Shown here one piece after another: positions 20,352 to 31,100 of a stretch of 64,000 bases of DNA (its first letter is position 1; every line of letters begins with the position of its first letter). The translations under genes and the position numbers were made by a program. This DNA comes from a virus. The stretch is taken from positions 64,001 to 128,000 of the IMG/VR virus record IMGVR_UViG_3300023184_000030. One strand, given 5' to 3'. A model generated the notes under the pieces. That model saw only the letters and a program-made list of their open reading frames with translations. It made no database searches and had not been told where the DNA came from.

Positions 20352-21266
20352 TTAAACCGTTACGTTGTTAGCAGATAAAACGATCCAAGAACCGTTTTGG
20401 TTTGCTTGTCCCTGTCCAACTCTCGTTTCCCATTGTAGAGTTATTGATGAACGATAGGACTTACTAGCAGTTACCGTTATACCGGATGTAGAATATCCGC
20501 CATAGGCTCCATAGGTATTAAATCCTGTATAGTAACTTGACGATGTACCTGTTATCCCGGTGTAAATAAATCCGGCTGCTGCTGAAGTGTTAACGATAGT
20601 TACCCTAGTTCCTTGAGGAATATTAGGTAGCGTTCCACCTACTGGTGATGTGCCATCAACAACTTTCATAAAGAATCCAGTAGGACCGCAGTTTGCGTAG
20701 ATAACATCTTCTAAACCAGTTATAGCATAAGGTGAGTTTACCGATGTTACATATCCACCGCCACCAATTCCTGATGTGTTTGCTGCAAATGCTGAACCTG
20801 CTGTTAGTCCTGTTTTATAAGTTGTATTTGAACTTATAATATGTCCCTGGGTACCTAAGGTAAATGCTCCATTAGCGCTAAAACTTCCATTGAAGCTAGA
20901 GGTTCCGCCTGCTACAAAAATAGAGGATGTTCCTAAAGTTATCGTTCCGTTAAAAACTACCGCTCCTGAAGCTGTTACGTCCGTTGATTGTAAGCTTACG
21001 AACGAAGCTGCACCTAGATTATTTACTGATGCTGTTGGGGTTCCTGTGGAAGGAATAGATAAAGCATCAAATGATCCGATTTTTGCCTGAACCTTACCGG
21101 TTGAGGCTCCACTAAGATCTAATATACCATTTACCGTGTCTATACCGAAAACTGTAATGTATCCGTTTATCCAGTTTTGTAAGATTAGAAAGTTGGAGTT
21201 AATTGTTACTCTCGAGCCTGATATTGAATCAGTACCTAAAATTTCTGTAATGTTTACTGTTGCCAT
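20352..21266 (-). CDS. Short fibre/spike-like structural protein (304 aa)
   Basis: N-terminal TDSISGSRVTINSNF motif similar to the fibre N-termini; G/S/T-rich beta-helix-like body. Confidence 0.6.
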   Translation of the reverse strand: MATVNITEILGTDSISGSRVTINSNFLILQNWINGYITVFGIDTVNGILDLSGASTGKVQAKIGSFDALSIPSTGTPTASVNNLGAASFVSLQSTDVTASGAVVFNGTITLGTSSIFVAGGTSSFNGSFSANGAFTLGTQGHIISSNTTYKTGLTAGSAFAANTSGIGGGGYVTSVNSPYAITGLEDVIYANCGPTGFFMKVVDGTSPVGGTLPNIPQGTRVTIVNTSAAAGFIYTGITGTSSSYYTGFNTYGAYGGYSTSGITVTASKSYRSSITLQWETRVGQGQANQNGSWIVLSANNVTV

Positions 21267-21294
21267 TTTATTGTTTTATTTCTTTTTGAAGTGA

Positions 21295-21304
21295 AATATA
21301 TATC
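21295..21304. promoter_or_regulatory. Overlapping divergent late-promoter-like element (GATATATA on -, AATATATA on +)
   Basis: AATATATATC lies 38 nt before ATG 21266 (-) and 33 nt before ATG 21328 (+). Confidence 0.55.
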
Positions 21305-21327
21305 TACGTCTCAGACAACACTTAAAT

Positions 21328-21495
21328 ATGGCAATACACAAAAACGAACTTACCATAATGGACGCCAAAGACATATCTTTAAGTCCAAAACCAGTGATTT
21401 ATTTCCCTAAAACACTAAAAAATATCAACAATTTTACTAGCATTAAAAAAACCACTCCGATTGGGAGAAATCTGTGTGGTTACACCAAAAAATAA
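21328..21495 (+). CDS. Small basic hypothetical protein (55 aa, MAIHKNELTIMDAKDISLSPKPVIYFPK...CGYTKK), absent from the ORF track
   Basis: Hand translation from ATG 21328 to TAA 21493-95; fills the gap between the promoter motif and the phoH ATG (7-nt spacer). Confidence 0.6.
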   Translation: MAIHKNELTIMDAKDISLSPKPVIYFPKTLKNINNFTSIKKTTPIGRNLCGYTKK

Positions 21496-21502
21496 ATATA
21501 AT

Positions 21503-22270
21503 ATGGCTAACAGAAAAAAAAGAATTACTGACGAAGAATTTTATGAAGCTTTCCCTCCTGGATATCAATCTACTAGCGGATCTAGATTCGATTTACAAAA
21601 ATTAAAGGTTGACTTTAAATTTAAAAACGAGAATCAAAAGAATCTCGCAAATCTGATAAATGATAATAAGATTACTATTGTAGCTGGTCCAGCAGGAACA
21701 GGTAAAACTTATTTAGCATGTGCTCAAGCTTTAAAGCTCATGAAGAGCGACCCAAGGTTTAAAAAAATAATACTTGTAAAAAGTGTAACAGTTTTAGAAG
21801 GGGAAGAGGTAGGATTTCTTAAAGGGGATCTTAAAGAAAAAATGTTACCATTTACCATATCTTTCCTTGATAACTTTCATAAAATCATTGGTGAGGGGTT
21901 AACCCAAATTATGTTGGATCAGGGTTACATCGAGGTATTGCCTTTAGCTTTTATTAGAGGAAGATCGATAGACAACGCAATAATAATAGTAGATGAAGCC
22001 CAGAATATAACTCAGAAAAATATGAGATCTACTATGACTAGGATAGGCACAGATACTAAGATGATTATTACAGGTGACACCAAACAGATAGACATGAAAA
22101 ATCCAAAGTTATCATCTCTTGATCTAGTTGTTAAAATATTCGAAAATAAAGATAATATCGGAACAATGCACTTTGGTGTTAATGATATAGTTAGGGATCC
22201 GATAGTAAAACTTATAGAGGAAACATTCGATGATTGGGACGAAAAAAATTCAAAGCCAGGTAAAGGATAA
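21503..22270 (+). CDS. phoH: PhoH-family ATPase
   Basis: Walker A GPAGTGKT, GFLKGDLKEK, RGRSIDN, DEAQN, TRIG, GD..QID, VRDPIV; ATG 21503 preferred to TTG 21461. Confidence 0.95.
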   Translation: MANRKKRITDEEFYEAFPPGYQSTSGSRFDLQKLKVDFKFKNENQKNLANLINDNKITIVAGPAGTGKTYLACAQALKLMKSDPRFKKIILVKSVTVLEGEEVGFLKGDLKEKMLPFTISFLDNFHKIIGEGLTQIMLDQGYIEVLPLAFIRGRSIDNAIIIVDEAQNITQKNMRSTMTRIGTDTKMIITGDTKQIDMKNPKLSSLDLVVKIFENKDNIGTMHFGVNDIVRDPIVKLIEETFDDWDEKNSKPGKG

Positions 22271-22280
22271 ATCCTCGAAT

Positions 22281-25200
22281 TTATCCTTTATTAAATGTTG
22301 AATCTGGATTATTAGGGATAACTATAGCAGATCCGAATTGGCCTCTGTTAGATTGCAATATTTCCATTTCCTGATACATTAGATCTTTTCCTAATCTCAT
22401 TGCTTGATAATCTCTTGCAAGGAAAGGAGGATTAGGATATCCATAATCACTAGAATCAACGAAATCAGGTCGCAGATCATCAGGTCTTTTGTCCTTATGA
22501 TTTATTACTTTTATAAATCCTGGTTTAGAAACCTCATAGATATTTCCTGCAGAATCTTCTACCTGATTGTATATCGTATAATATCCAGGATCGACAAAGG
22601 TGTAAATAAAATATGGGCTTCCTTTTATGTTAAGAAGCTCGTCTTTTGTTTCGGAGTTGCTTAATATCCATTTGTTATTTTTCTTACCGTAAATGTTAGA
22701 AGCATAGTTATTAAAAACAACAGTAGATAACAGCGGTATCTCCATATAGTTATCCGTTGAATGAACATCACACCAGGTCCAAGCTCCTGATCCGGGTCTA
22801 GATATTATATTACCTAAATTTATACCAAGTTCTGGCTTATATTGTTCTATTAATGTGGCAAATCCTCCGGTAGCACCGAAGTAAACAAGGCTCCCCGTTC
22901 CGCCTGTAGTTCCGCTGGTATTTATACCAGATGAAAATATATTAGATCCGCTGTCTTTGGTAAATGTTATATCTCCTTCAAATAATCCAAGATTTTCCAA
23001 ATCGAGATTTTTTCCTGAATCGTTTGTTTTTAATAATGCAACGTTATATCCGGTTAAACCTGGCGTGTTTACTTTATAAGATGATATGAATTGATTGTCA
23101 TCAAGCTTATCGAAATAAATAATCCCCATTTCCCTATCAAGTACGCCTGTACCGTTTGAGAATATATTTTTAACTGTACCCTGATCTGTTATTTCTGCAG
23201 TGTAAAGATAGTTTTCTCCGGTTGATCCCAAAACTATTTGATTAAAAGCATAGTCTCCCGTTAGGCCTTGTCCATAATCTCCGATTATTGTATTTATATA
23301 ATATCCTGATCTATCTTTGGCTGCGTATATCTTATTAATATTTGAATTAGATGATGTTCCGCCTATGCCTATTATTTCACCTCTTATAAAATTTCCTGTT
23401 GCCCCTGCTATAATATAAAAGGGGTAGCTTGAATAATCCGATGGCGATGGATGAATTAAGCCAGCACCAAACATGTCAAAGGAACCTTTAGATTGACCAG
23501 TAATAAGAATACCTGATTCATTATCGGATGATTTTATACCGCTGATATAAAATCCACCGGTAGTTCCTGTTGTATTCACAACGTTACTTAAAGAAAGATT
23601 ATCGCAATCTAATTTGACATAAGAGCCAAAGATATTTTCAGACGAATTCCCTATAATACTAGGTGATGTACTTAAATCATCGTTTCTATCCCAAGCATTC
23701 TTTAGTGTGTTAAATGTTACTGGCGTACTTGCTTCGTGTGTAATAGCAAGATTCACATGATATTTGCTAGAATCAACCGACGTGTAAGCAGTTCCACCTG
23801 GATAGGTTGATGTTGGTACAAAATGCCTAAATGAATTTATCCTGTATGATTTTTGGATCGAGCTATTATAATCTCCAGTAATACCGGCAAACGATGAAAT
23901 GTCACCTAGATCTCTTCCTATTTTAGCAACAAATATAGCTTTAGAATCTGGTTTAGCCCCGTCATTAGCTATAGTGTATGGATAAACGCTAGGGGTATGT
24001 AGTGAAATTTGAATAGTAATAGAGGTTCCGTTTGTATATGGAAATGCTGCTGTCGCACCGCTCTGATAGGTTGTACGTATTCCGTATGAATTTGAATCTC
24101 TATAAATCTGATCTATTCTATAGTAAGCAGTGTTACCCCCCTCTATGATTGACAAAGTTTGACCTGTCAGTCTGTAGTTAATATTCAAAGATTGATCGAC
24201 TCCTGACGAGTCTTCAAAATTAAGATAGACCAAATTTACATTATTGTAGCTACCCCCCGTTCCTGCGGGGAATCCAATAAACCCAAAGTCACAGTAAGTG
24301 CTTCCCACTGAATCACCGCTACCTACTGAAACTTTCCATGGTCTATTTAAAACCAGGGTACCAAATGCAGGTACACCTATTCCGGGGTATGCCCCCGAGG
24401 TAGCACCAGGTACATTGGGATTAGTAACTCCTACAGGAGCTCCAGTTGCACCTCCTGTTGTAATCGGGCTTCCATATGCTCCCCAAACAAATTCTCCGAT
24501 CTCTATAAATCTATTAAATATTCCAGAAGCATATATGTAAAGTCCATCCTCACTTGAGCATATACTCTGAATCTCTGTGCTAAATCCTTTGAATGGCAGT
24601 ATTGATTCAACCTTTCCCCTTTCTGAATAAGCCACTATAAATCCAGTTTTACCATTATTCTCGGAATTGTGTGTTGATAAAACACCAGAATTTAAGCTAG
24701 GACCAATATCTGATAATATAGCCGGAGTGTTGTCTGAATAATATCCAAATTGAACCGAATAGCTCCCTGTATAAATATCAGGTTCTACACTGCCAGAAAT
24801 ATAATATCTTTTCTCCCCCAGAAATGTTTGTGAAGTTGATGATGTTATGCTAACCATTCCAATATTTCCTGATGCTCCTGCAATATATGATATCGATTCA
24901 TCCCATAAAGGAGATTGTATACTTTCTGTTATCAGATCCTGTTCAAATGTCGGGATCGAAAAATTATTCCAATATGGCTGTTTACCTGCTCTTCCATCAG
25001 CGATATCACTTAATTTTGTAGTCAGGAATAGATTACGGGGATCGAGTCCAGGATGCTTATATTCAAGAAAAGAATTATCATAAACCATCCATTCAGGATA
25101 ATCCCATGTGTATTTATTTATTTTAGGTAGAGGTGCTCCACCTCCCGTCGCTGTATAATATGTGAAATTCCATCCAGTAGCACCAGCATATTTCGATGAT

Positions 25201-26294
25201 GCATAAACGTGGGGTAAGTCATAGTCGAAAAGCGAAAGTGAATTATACTCAAGAACCCAAAAATCATTTTCATGTATGAGTAATCCATCTTGGGATGTAT
25301 TGTGACCTATTAGCTCTATACCAAGCACAGAATTAGAACCCAGCGAAGAATTCAAGGTATTATATTGAGTGTGTGTAGTGCCATTAAAATGCCAAATACC
25401 CGTGCCTTGACCTAATTCACCATCTCCCTTTGAATAAAAAACATGTCCATTGTTTCTTGACTTTACTGAAGTTATAGATCCTCCGCTAACTCCATAATTC
25501 CAGAATTCAACTCCATCAAAATAAGAAAGACCTACATCCGTTCCAATCCAAAGATTGCCATTCTCGTCAAAATCTAAGCAGTAGACATTGTCTGATATTA
25601 TTCCACTTGTGCTAGTGTTATAAACCTTTGCCTGCTGAATATATTTAGATCCATTGGTTAGAGTTAGGGTCTGCAGTTTTCCCTGCGGAACAACAAAAAG
25701 ACCCTCAGAGGTTCCCATATAGTAAAAATAGTCCTTACCTTTATATCCTTTTGTTTCGATATCATATATGTGAGGCCAAGTGTAGTCATCAATAGTTTCG
25801 TTCCATTGATCAGTTTCTTTAAGGTAGTAGAATAATCTTCCCCCTGTTGCTCCTTCTATTCTTGTGTAAGCAGATGCACCAGTTCCCCCTACTCCATTAA
25901 GAGGGTTTATGAATGCAAGTATGTCATCTCCAAAAGGACAAGCATAAATTAAAGAAACCTCCTGCTGCTGGTCAAATGTTCCAAGTGCTTGGAATGTCCA
26001 ACTGTCACCTTCATCAACCTTATTGGTATTGATCCAAAAAACAGCAACCTGATTTATACTTGGGTTACCAGCAGTTGGTCCCTGTGCTACCCCCACCCAG
26101 GCTTTATCCTCAGGATCTATTGATATACATCTAGTATCTAGATAATAGGGGGAAACCTGAGGTACAGCAGAGTTTGTGCTGTTATAGTATTCCCAGCTTG
26201 ATCCATTAAATCTCCTAACATCCTGGCCGGAAGCCCAAACATAAAATTCTTGATCTAAATCTATTTGATTAATATAAAGTGAGCTATTAGGCAT
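22281..26294 (-). CDS. Large beta-propeller (Reg_prop-like) + C-terminal PKD-like virion protein, candidate receptor-binding protein (1337 aa)
   Basis: NVYCLDFDENGNLWIGTDVGLSYFDG propeller blades; YTFVDPGYYTIYNQVEDSAGN PKD/Ig-like end; many GxTG motifs. Confidence 0.65.
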   Translation of the reverse strand: MPNSSLYINQIDLDQEFYVWASGQDVRRFNGSSWEYYNSTNSAVPQVSPYYLDTRCISIDPEDKAWVGVAQGPTAGNPSINQVAVFWINTNKVDEGDSWTFQALGTFDQQQEVSLIYACPFGDDILAFINPLNGVGGTGASAYTRIEGATGGRLFYYLKETDQWNETIDDYTWPHIYDIETKGYKGKDYFYYMGTSEGLFVVPQGKLQTLTLTNGSKYIQQAKVYNTSTSGIISDNVYCLDFDENGNLWIGTDVGLSYFDGVEFWNYGVSGGSITSVKSRNNGHVFYSKGDGELGQGTGIWHFNGTTHTQYNTLNSSLGSNSVLGIELIGHNTSQDGLLIHENDFWVLEYNSLSLFDYDLPHVYASSKYAGATGWNFTYYTATGGGAPLPKINKYTWDYPEWMVYDNSFLEYKHPGLDPRNLFLTTKLSDIADGRAGKQPYWNNFSIPTFEQDLITESIQSPLWDESISYIAGASGNIGMVSITSSTSQTFLGEKRYYISGSVEPDIYTGSYSVQFGYYSDNTPAILSDIGPSLNSGVLSTHNSENNGKTGFIVAYSERGKVESILPFKGFSTEIQSICSSEDGLYIYASGIFNRFIEIGEFVWGAYGSPITTGGATGAPVGVTNPNVPGATSGAYPGIGVPAFGTLVLNRPWKVSVGSGDSVGSTYCDFGFIGFPAGTGGSYNNVNLVYLNFEDSSGVDQSLNINYRLTGQTLSIIEGGNTAYYRIDQIYRDSNSYGIRTTYQSGATAAFPYTNGTSITIQISLHTPSVYPYTIANDGAKPDSKAIFVAKIGRDLGDISSFAGITGDYNSSIQKSYRINSFRHFVPTSTYPGGTAYTSVDSSKYHVNLAITHEASTPVTFNTLKNAWDRNDDLSTSPSIIGNSSENIFGSYVKLDCDNLSLSNVVNTTGTTGGFYISGIKSSDNESGILITGQSKGSFDMFGAGLIHPSPSDYSSYPFYIIAGATGNFIRGEIIGIGGTSSNSNINKIYAAKDRSGYYINTIIGDYGQGLTGDYAFNQIVLGSTGENYLYTAEITDQGTVKNIFSNGTGVLDREMGIIYFDKLDDNQFISSYKVNTPGLTGYNVALLKTNDSGKNLDLENLGLFEGDITFTKDSGSNIFSSGINTSGTTGGTGSLVYFGATGGFATLIEQYKPELGINLGNIISRPGSGAWTWCDVHSTDNYMEIPLLSTVVFNNYASNIYGKKNNKWILSNSETKDELLNIKGSPYFIYTFVDPGYYTIYNQVEDSAGNIYEVSKPGFIKVINHKDKRPDDLRPDFVDSSDYGYPNPPFLARDYQAMRLGKDLMYQEMEILQSNRGQFGSAIVIPNNPDSTFNKG

Positions 26295-26317
26295 TTATCT
26301 TTTTTTAAATTATATTC

Positions 26318-26325
26318 TATATATT
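26318..26325 (-). promoter_or_regulatory. Putative late promoter variant AATATATA
   Basis: 31 nt upstream of ATG 26294. Confidence 0.5.
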
Positions 26326-26345
26326 TGAATTCCAATAATCCCGAA

Positions 26346-28058
26346 TTAGTAGCCAAACTCCCATCCTCTTTTAGGTTGTGGATCTGAGGTAACATTTAAT
26401 TGATGTGGGTTTGCTATTCTATTTGTATTGAAAGAAATCCAATTTGATCTACCAGGGGTATTGGGAACACCAGGGTAACTCTCATAGGGAGGCCAGGGTC
26501 CATTATCGCTTAAATCCACAGCAGTTATATAAGGGGAACTGCCTCTATCTATTATAGCTATCTTAAGCCCGTTAAATGTATTGGCGTCATATGATAAAGC
26601 TCCGGTAAGTCCTGATGCCCAAGCATAATCAGGTGATGCAGAAGCAACGATATTAGAGTCATAGCCAGCTAATACCAAAGCATTATTTATAGCTGTTGCT
26701 ACACCCGTTCCATCTGGGTTATCCTGCATAAATACTAGATTTTTATCGGGGGAATTCCCTAGTCCCGCATTAATCGTGGGATCCGATACCACTACATTTA
26801 CTACGACATCTAAACCAGGATCTATACCATCTATACTACCATCATAGCTAAATTTTATTGTTAAATTTAGCTCAATGCTAGGTAATCCGGTAAAATTTGA
26901 CGAAGGAAGACAAGCTCCTCCGAGACCTCCGCTTGCTCCCCCAGCACCATCAAGTCCTATTCTATAAGCTGTGGGTTGTTGGACACTCGAAATATATAAC
27001 TCTAGTGCTCTAGAAGATTGATAACCAAAAGATGCTTCATTAAATATAAGTGCATCTACTAAATCTCCAGTCCAATACCTGTTAACTAGCAGCGAATTTC
27101 CATATGCAAACACATCACCAAAGTAAAATATATTACTAAAATAAGTTCCAAGATCCCCGGGGATCATATAGTTTCCAACCATATATCGGCTTAAAGATTC
27201 CCATCCTGTTGGGGTAACCCCTAGAAATTGGAATGCTGTCTTGGAAGCAACATATTGACCAGGATAATATCCATATCTTCCTGGCAAAAATTCAATATCC
27301 TGGGATGACGAAAAATAGCCAACAATCTCACCTTGAGCTCTAAATTGGGTATTATCAATAGGTAATGCCGAATAGTAATTTGTATTAACCAAGAATATGT
27401 CACCAACCCCTGCCATTCCCACTGCACCCGTTTTAATCCCTGTATTAGTAATATAATAGTAATTTGCTCCTATTGTATAAACATCAGTTAGATAGTTATA
27501 TGGCTCAAATCCACCATTTTTACTGTATGCTACGTTGGTATTAGATACCGATGTGTTACCAAGAAAGCTATTAAACACCACCGAAGATGTTGATGTATAT
27601 GTAGAATATGCCGCTCCTGAATCAGATCCGGTCAGGTTAAGCCAACTTAAAATGCTCGTAGATTCATTTGAATTGGTCCCCGTGAATCCTGCTACACCAG
27701 CAAGGGTCCAGCTATAATAAGAAAGACTAGCGGTAGATCCTACAGCTGTATATGTTACCGCTGTTCCCATTGGAATAGTAGTGACCGTGGGAATGTTACT
27801 AGTTAATGTTACTGAAATATTCTCTGGTGTTACTATGATTATATTTGTATCCTCCTTAAATGTATTAATCGGTCCCTTTGTTATAGTTAATTTAGCACCA
27901 AATCCAGCAGTGGAGGGGGAAAGATATCTAACAATAGGATTAGTTGCCGTGGCACCTGTCGGGGTTCCCCCTGGAAAATTCCAGACTCTACCTGTAGGAC
28001 TACCTAATGAGGTATCCTGATACAAAACGTAATCTCCTTGGGCTATTGATATCGACAT
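26346..28058 (-). CDS. PKD-domain virion protein (570 aa)
   Basis: N-terminal GDYVLYQDTSLGSPTGRVWNFPGGTP...NPIVRY PKD signature; second Ig-like repeat (YYSWTL). Confidence 0.7.
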   Translation of the reverse strand: MSISIAQGDYVLYQDTSLGSPTGRVWNFPGGTPTGATATNPIVRYLSPSTAGFGAKLTITKGPINTFKEDTNIIIVTPENISVTLTSNIPTVTTIPMGTAVTYTAVGSTASLSYYSWTLAGVAGFTGTNSNESTSILSWLNLTGSDSGAAYSTYTSTSSVVFNSFLGNTSVSNTNVAYSKNGGFEPYNYLTDVYTIGANYYYITNTGIKTGAVGMAGVGDIFLVNTNYYSALPIDNTQFRAQGEIVGYFSSSQDIEFLPGRYGYYPGQYVASKTAFQFLGVTPTGWESLSRYMVGNYMIPGDLGTYFSNIFYFGDVFAYGNSLLVNRYWTGDLVDALIFNEASFGYQSSRALELYISSVQQPTAYRIGLDGAGGASGGLGGACLPSSNFTGLPSIELNLTIKFSYDGSIDGIDPGLDVVVNVVVSDPTINAGLGNSPDKNLVFMQDNPDGTGVATAINNALVLAGYDSNIVASASPDYAWASGLTGALSYDANTFNGLKIAIIDRGSSPYITAVDLSDNGPWPPYESYPGVPNTPGRSNWISFNTNRIANPHQLNVTSDPQPKRGWEFGY

Positions 28059-28080
28059 TAAAGAATAAGATAGTTTAATT

Positions 28081-28088
28081 TATATATC
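28081..28088 (-). promoter_or_regulatory. Putative late promoter GATATATA
   Basis: 30 nt upstream of ATG 28058. Confidence 0.65.
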
Positions 28089-28101
28089 CTGATTAAAACT
28101 A

Positions 28102-31100
28102 TCATGGATAAAGTTGGTATGTGAATCCAGCAATTAATAATCCACTACCACCTATCTGTGAAGGAGGTGAAGAACTTGCTGAATTGAATACTTCTGAATT
28201 ATTTATAGAAACATTTATCGGTGGGCTATTTAAAGGCAGATTCCCGCTTTCGTTAGGAATAGGTCGGTAATAAAAATTCTGAATATTGGTATCCGCTGAA
28301 TTGTTTAGTTGATCAGATAATTCTCCTATAGTCAAAGAAGCCGATCCTGGCTGTATAGTCATTCCTGTTGGATATGGATAAAATTCGTTGCCTGTGCTGA
28401 TCTTTAAGAAATCCCCGGGAGTTATGTTGTGTAGTTCATATCCGCCAAGCCAATCGTTATTAAATTCGTAATCAAGCCACGTATGTGCATACCCTTCGTC
28501 CCATCCATTATCAGTGAATACGTCCCAATTTAGCTTTTTAGTTCCCCAATACTTTAGATTAGCGTTGGGTAAGGATTCACTAGATTCTGACCAATAAACA
28601 TAGGTTTCAGCAGGACTAGATCCTCCTGATAATTCACCAGAATCCGAAATTATCGAAATTGATCCAGTAGTTTCGTATGTTAGTAATACCCCGTTTTGAT
28701 CCGCACCCATTTCATCGGGTGCAGCAATAACTAAAGTGACAGGATCATTTCCTGGATCTGTACAAGAAGCAAAATAATCAGGATAAGTCCTAAGTGAATT
28801 AACAGAAGATGTTATACCATTTACCGTCCTGTATAGGGAATCCCCAGAATTGCTGGAGCCTATCAATCTTCCGCTCACATAAACTGAAATACTTCCCGCT
28901 CCGGTAACATATTGATTAGTAAATATAGAGGAATCTACAGATAATCTGGAAGGTCCAGTTAAGCCTATTGTATTGTTCCACGAAGAACTCATTATTGTAG
29001 GTATGGTAAAACTATTATTAGAACCAGAAGGAACCGTTATTATCCATCTTCCTACTAATTGTGGTATAGTATTCAATAAAGTTACTTCTTCACCTGTGCT
29101 AAGGTTATGAGGCGTAGCACATATCACTGTGGCAAAACTATATTGGCCAGCTATAATTAAATAAGATGTTATCTCCGTTATAGCTATATTCTCTTGTGTA
29201 AATGAAATATACCCCGTTGCTCCGATAGGATCTGTGTTTACCTTAACATAAGCATCTTGGCCCTCTTCAGATTTGTTTCCGTATGTAGCAAAATCTAGAA
29301 TCTCGCTAGGTATGGTCTTTTCTAAAATCTCTATTGTCTCTCCCTCAGCAGGATATTCCCATATTGAATTATAATCTTCCCATCCCTTAAATACATTTCT
29401 CCAAGTGTAATCCTCAACCTCTCTATATCTAGTCCATGCATCAATATCAATGATCTTCGGACTAACTGTTATAGCTCCATTCTTTATCGCTACCGTTTTA
29501 GCGTTAAAGGCATCATAGACGTTGCATGTTACCTGATAAACTCCAGTGTATGGTACAAAGTGGGCTAAGGTATAAAAGTCCAGTATAGACCCTCTAAATT
29601 GGAAATTATAGGGACTTCCTTGTTGTGTTGCTGACTTATTTATTATCCACTCAATATCAACCATATTAGAAAAATCTACGTTTCTCCAATTGAGTAAAGA
29701 ATAATTCTGTATAGTTGAAAATAATGATGCTTCATCAGTGTTTACAGTAGTTGAGTTATCAAGGAAAATCGTATAAACCCCAGTTGAATAGCTAACTGCT
29801 GTTACAGTCCCAAATATGTTTGTTGGTTTGTATAAAACTCTACTCCCAACTTTAAATACCGGGGTCAAAAGGGAAGACCAATTTATATTTAATTCGTCCC
29901 AACTCCATCTGTCTAAAATAAGCTCCAATACTATTGGCATGCCCAGTGGGGTATCGTATGTTAATCCTGTTGTTGGATCAACATAAGCCGGAGGATCATA
30001 TTTCCCATCACCCAATTCAAGCAATTCCCCATTCTGTTTGAGATCATAGAAATTAGTTATTGCATTCAATAAAGAATTGTTCTGAGGAGCTGTGTATATC
30101 TGTTGATTTGATAAAGGATCCACTATATTGCCCAGATCAGAAAGCTCTGCGGGAGCAACCTCTATTACTCCATTGAGAAGGGTTTTATTGGTTGATGAAT
30201 AATAATATACCGGTGAAGTCTGCTGTGGAGTTACGTTCCAGATTAAGTTAGGTCCGCCAGAGGTAACCCCATTATTAATTATACCTAATGGATCTATCTG
30301 GGAAAGACCTGGATCTGTTGTTATGTAAAAATCAGATCCTGCTGTAGAAATACTAAATTCATAGGTGTTACCAGCATTAATATTTAATACAGGATTGGGC
30401 CCGGTTAATCCAGTTGCTCCGGTAAGTCCAGTTATATAAAGAGCACTTCCGGTTCCACCCAATACATTTACATAAGCATCAAATGTATTATAATAAGAAG
30501 AAGGAGTCTGTATAGAAGTGCTTAAAGGTCTGATGGAAAAATTTCTAAGATCCCCGATAAATCCAAAATCTGGGGTAACCTTAATGTCAGTATAAAATCC
30601 AGATTCAATATCGGGTCTTTGCATGACATCTGTCCATGCTTTAGTATTATAAACATTGAAATAAATACCTTCACCTGTTATATCTATAATTCTTGCATTC
30701 AGAGGTAGATAATCTCTCTTAAGCCTTTCCTTAAGAGCGAACATTTTTATAAGAACTTCTTCTTGTGTAAATTGAAAATTATCAACAACCCCAGGATATC
30801 CATAATCTGAATCATATCCAGTTAATTTATTTATATCATAATACAGTCCAAATAGCGAGGTCTTTTTATAAGTTCTGCTAGGTAGAATTGTGGTATCTGA
30901 AGAAACATCAAGAACATATTGTCCATCAGCATTCGGACCATATGTCTGAACCAATTTATATTTACCTGAATTTGGATTATCTAAAACATCACCTACCTGA
31001 TAACTCTGACTATATCCAGTAGACTGTTGTTCTTTTATCTGATTTAGGAATCTTTGATTCTGCTGAAGTGGCGATTCTAATCTTGCGCTTTGATACTGTA

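Noticed and set aside
21461-21502. TTG start extension of phoH; likewise TTG starts at 54955 and 57796
   Set aside because: Overlap upstream genes or promoters; downstream ATGs with A-rich leaders fit better
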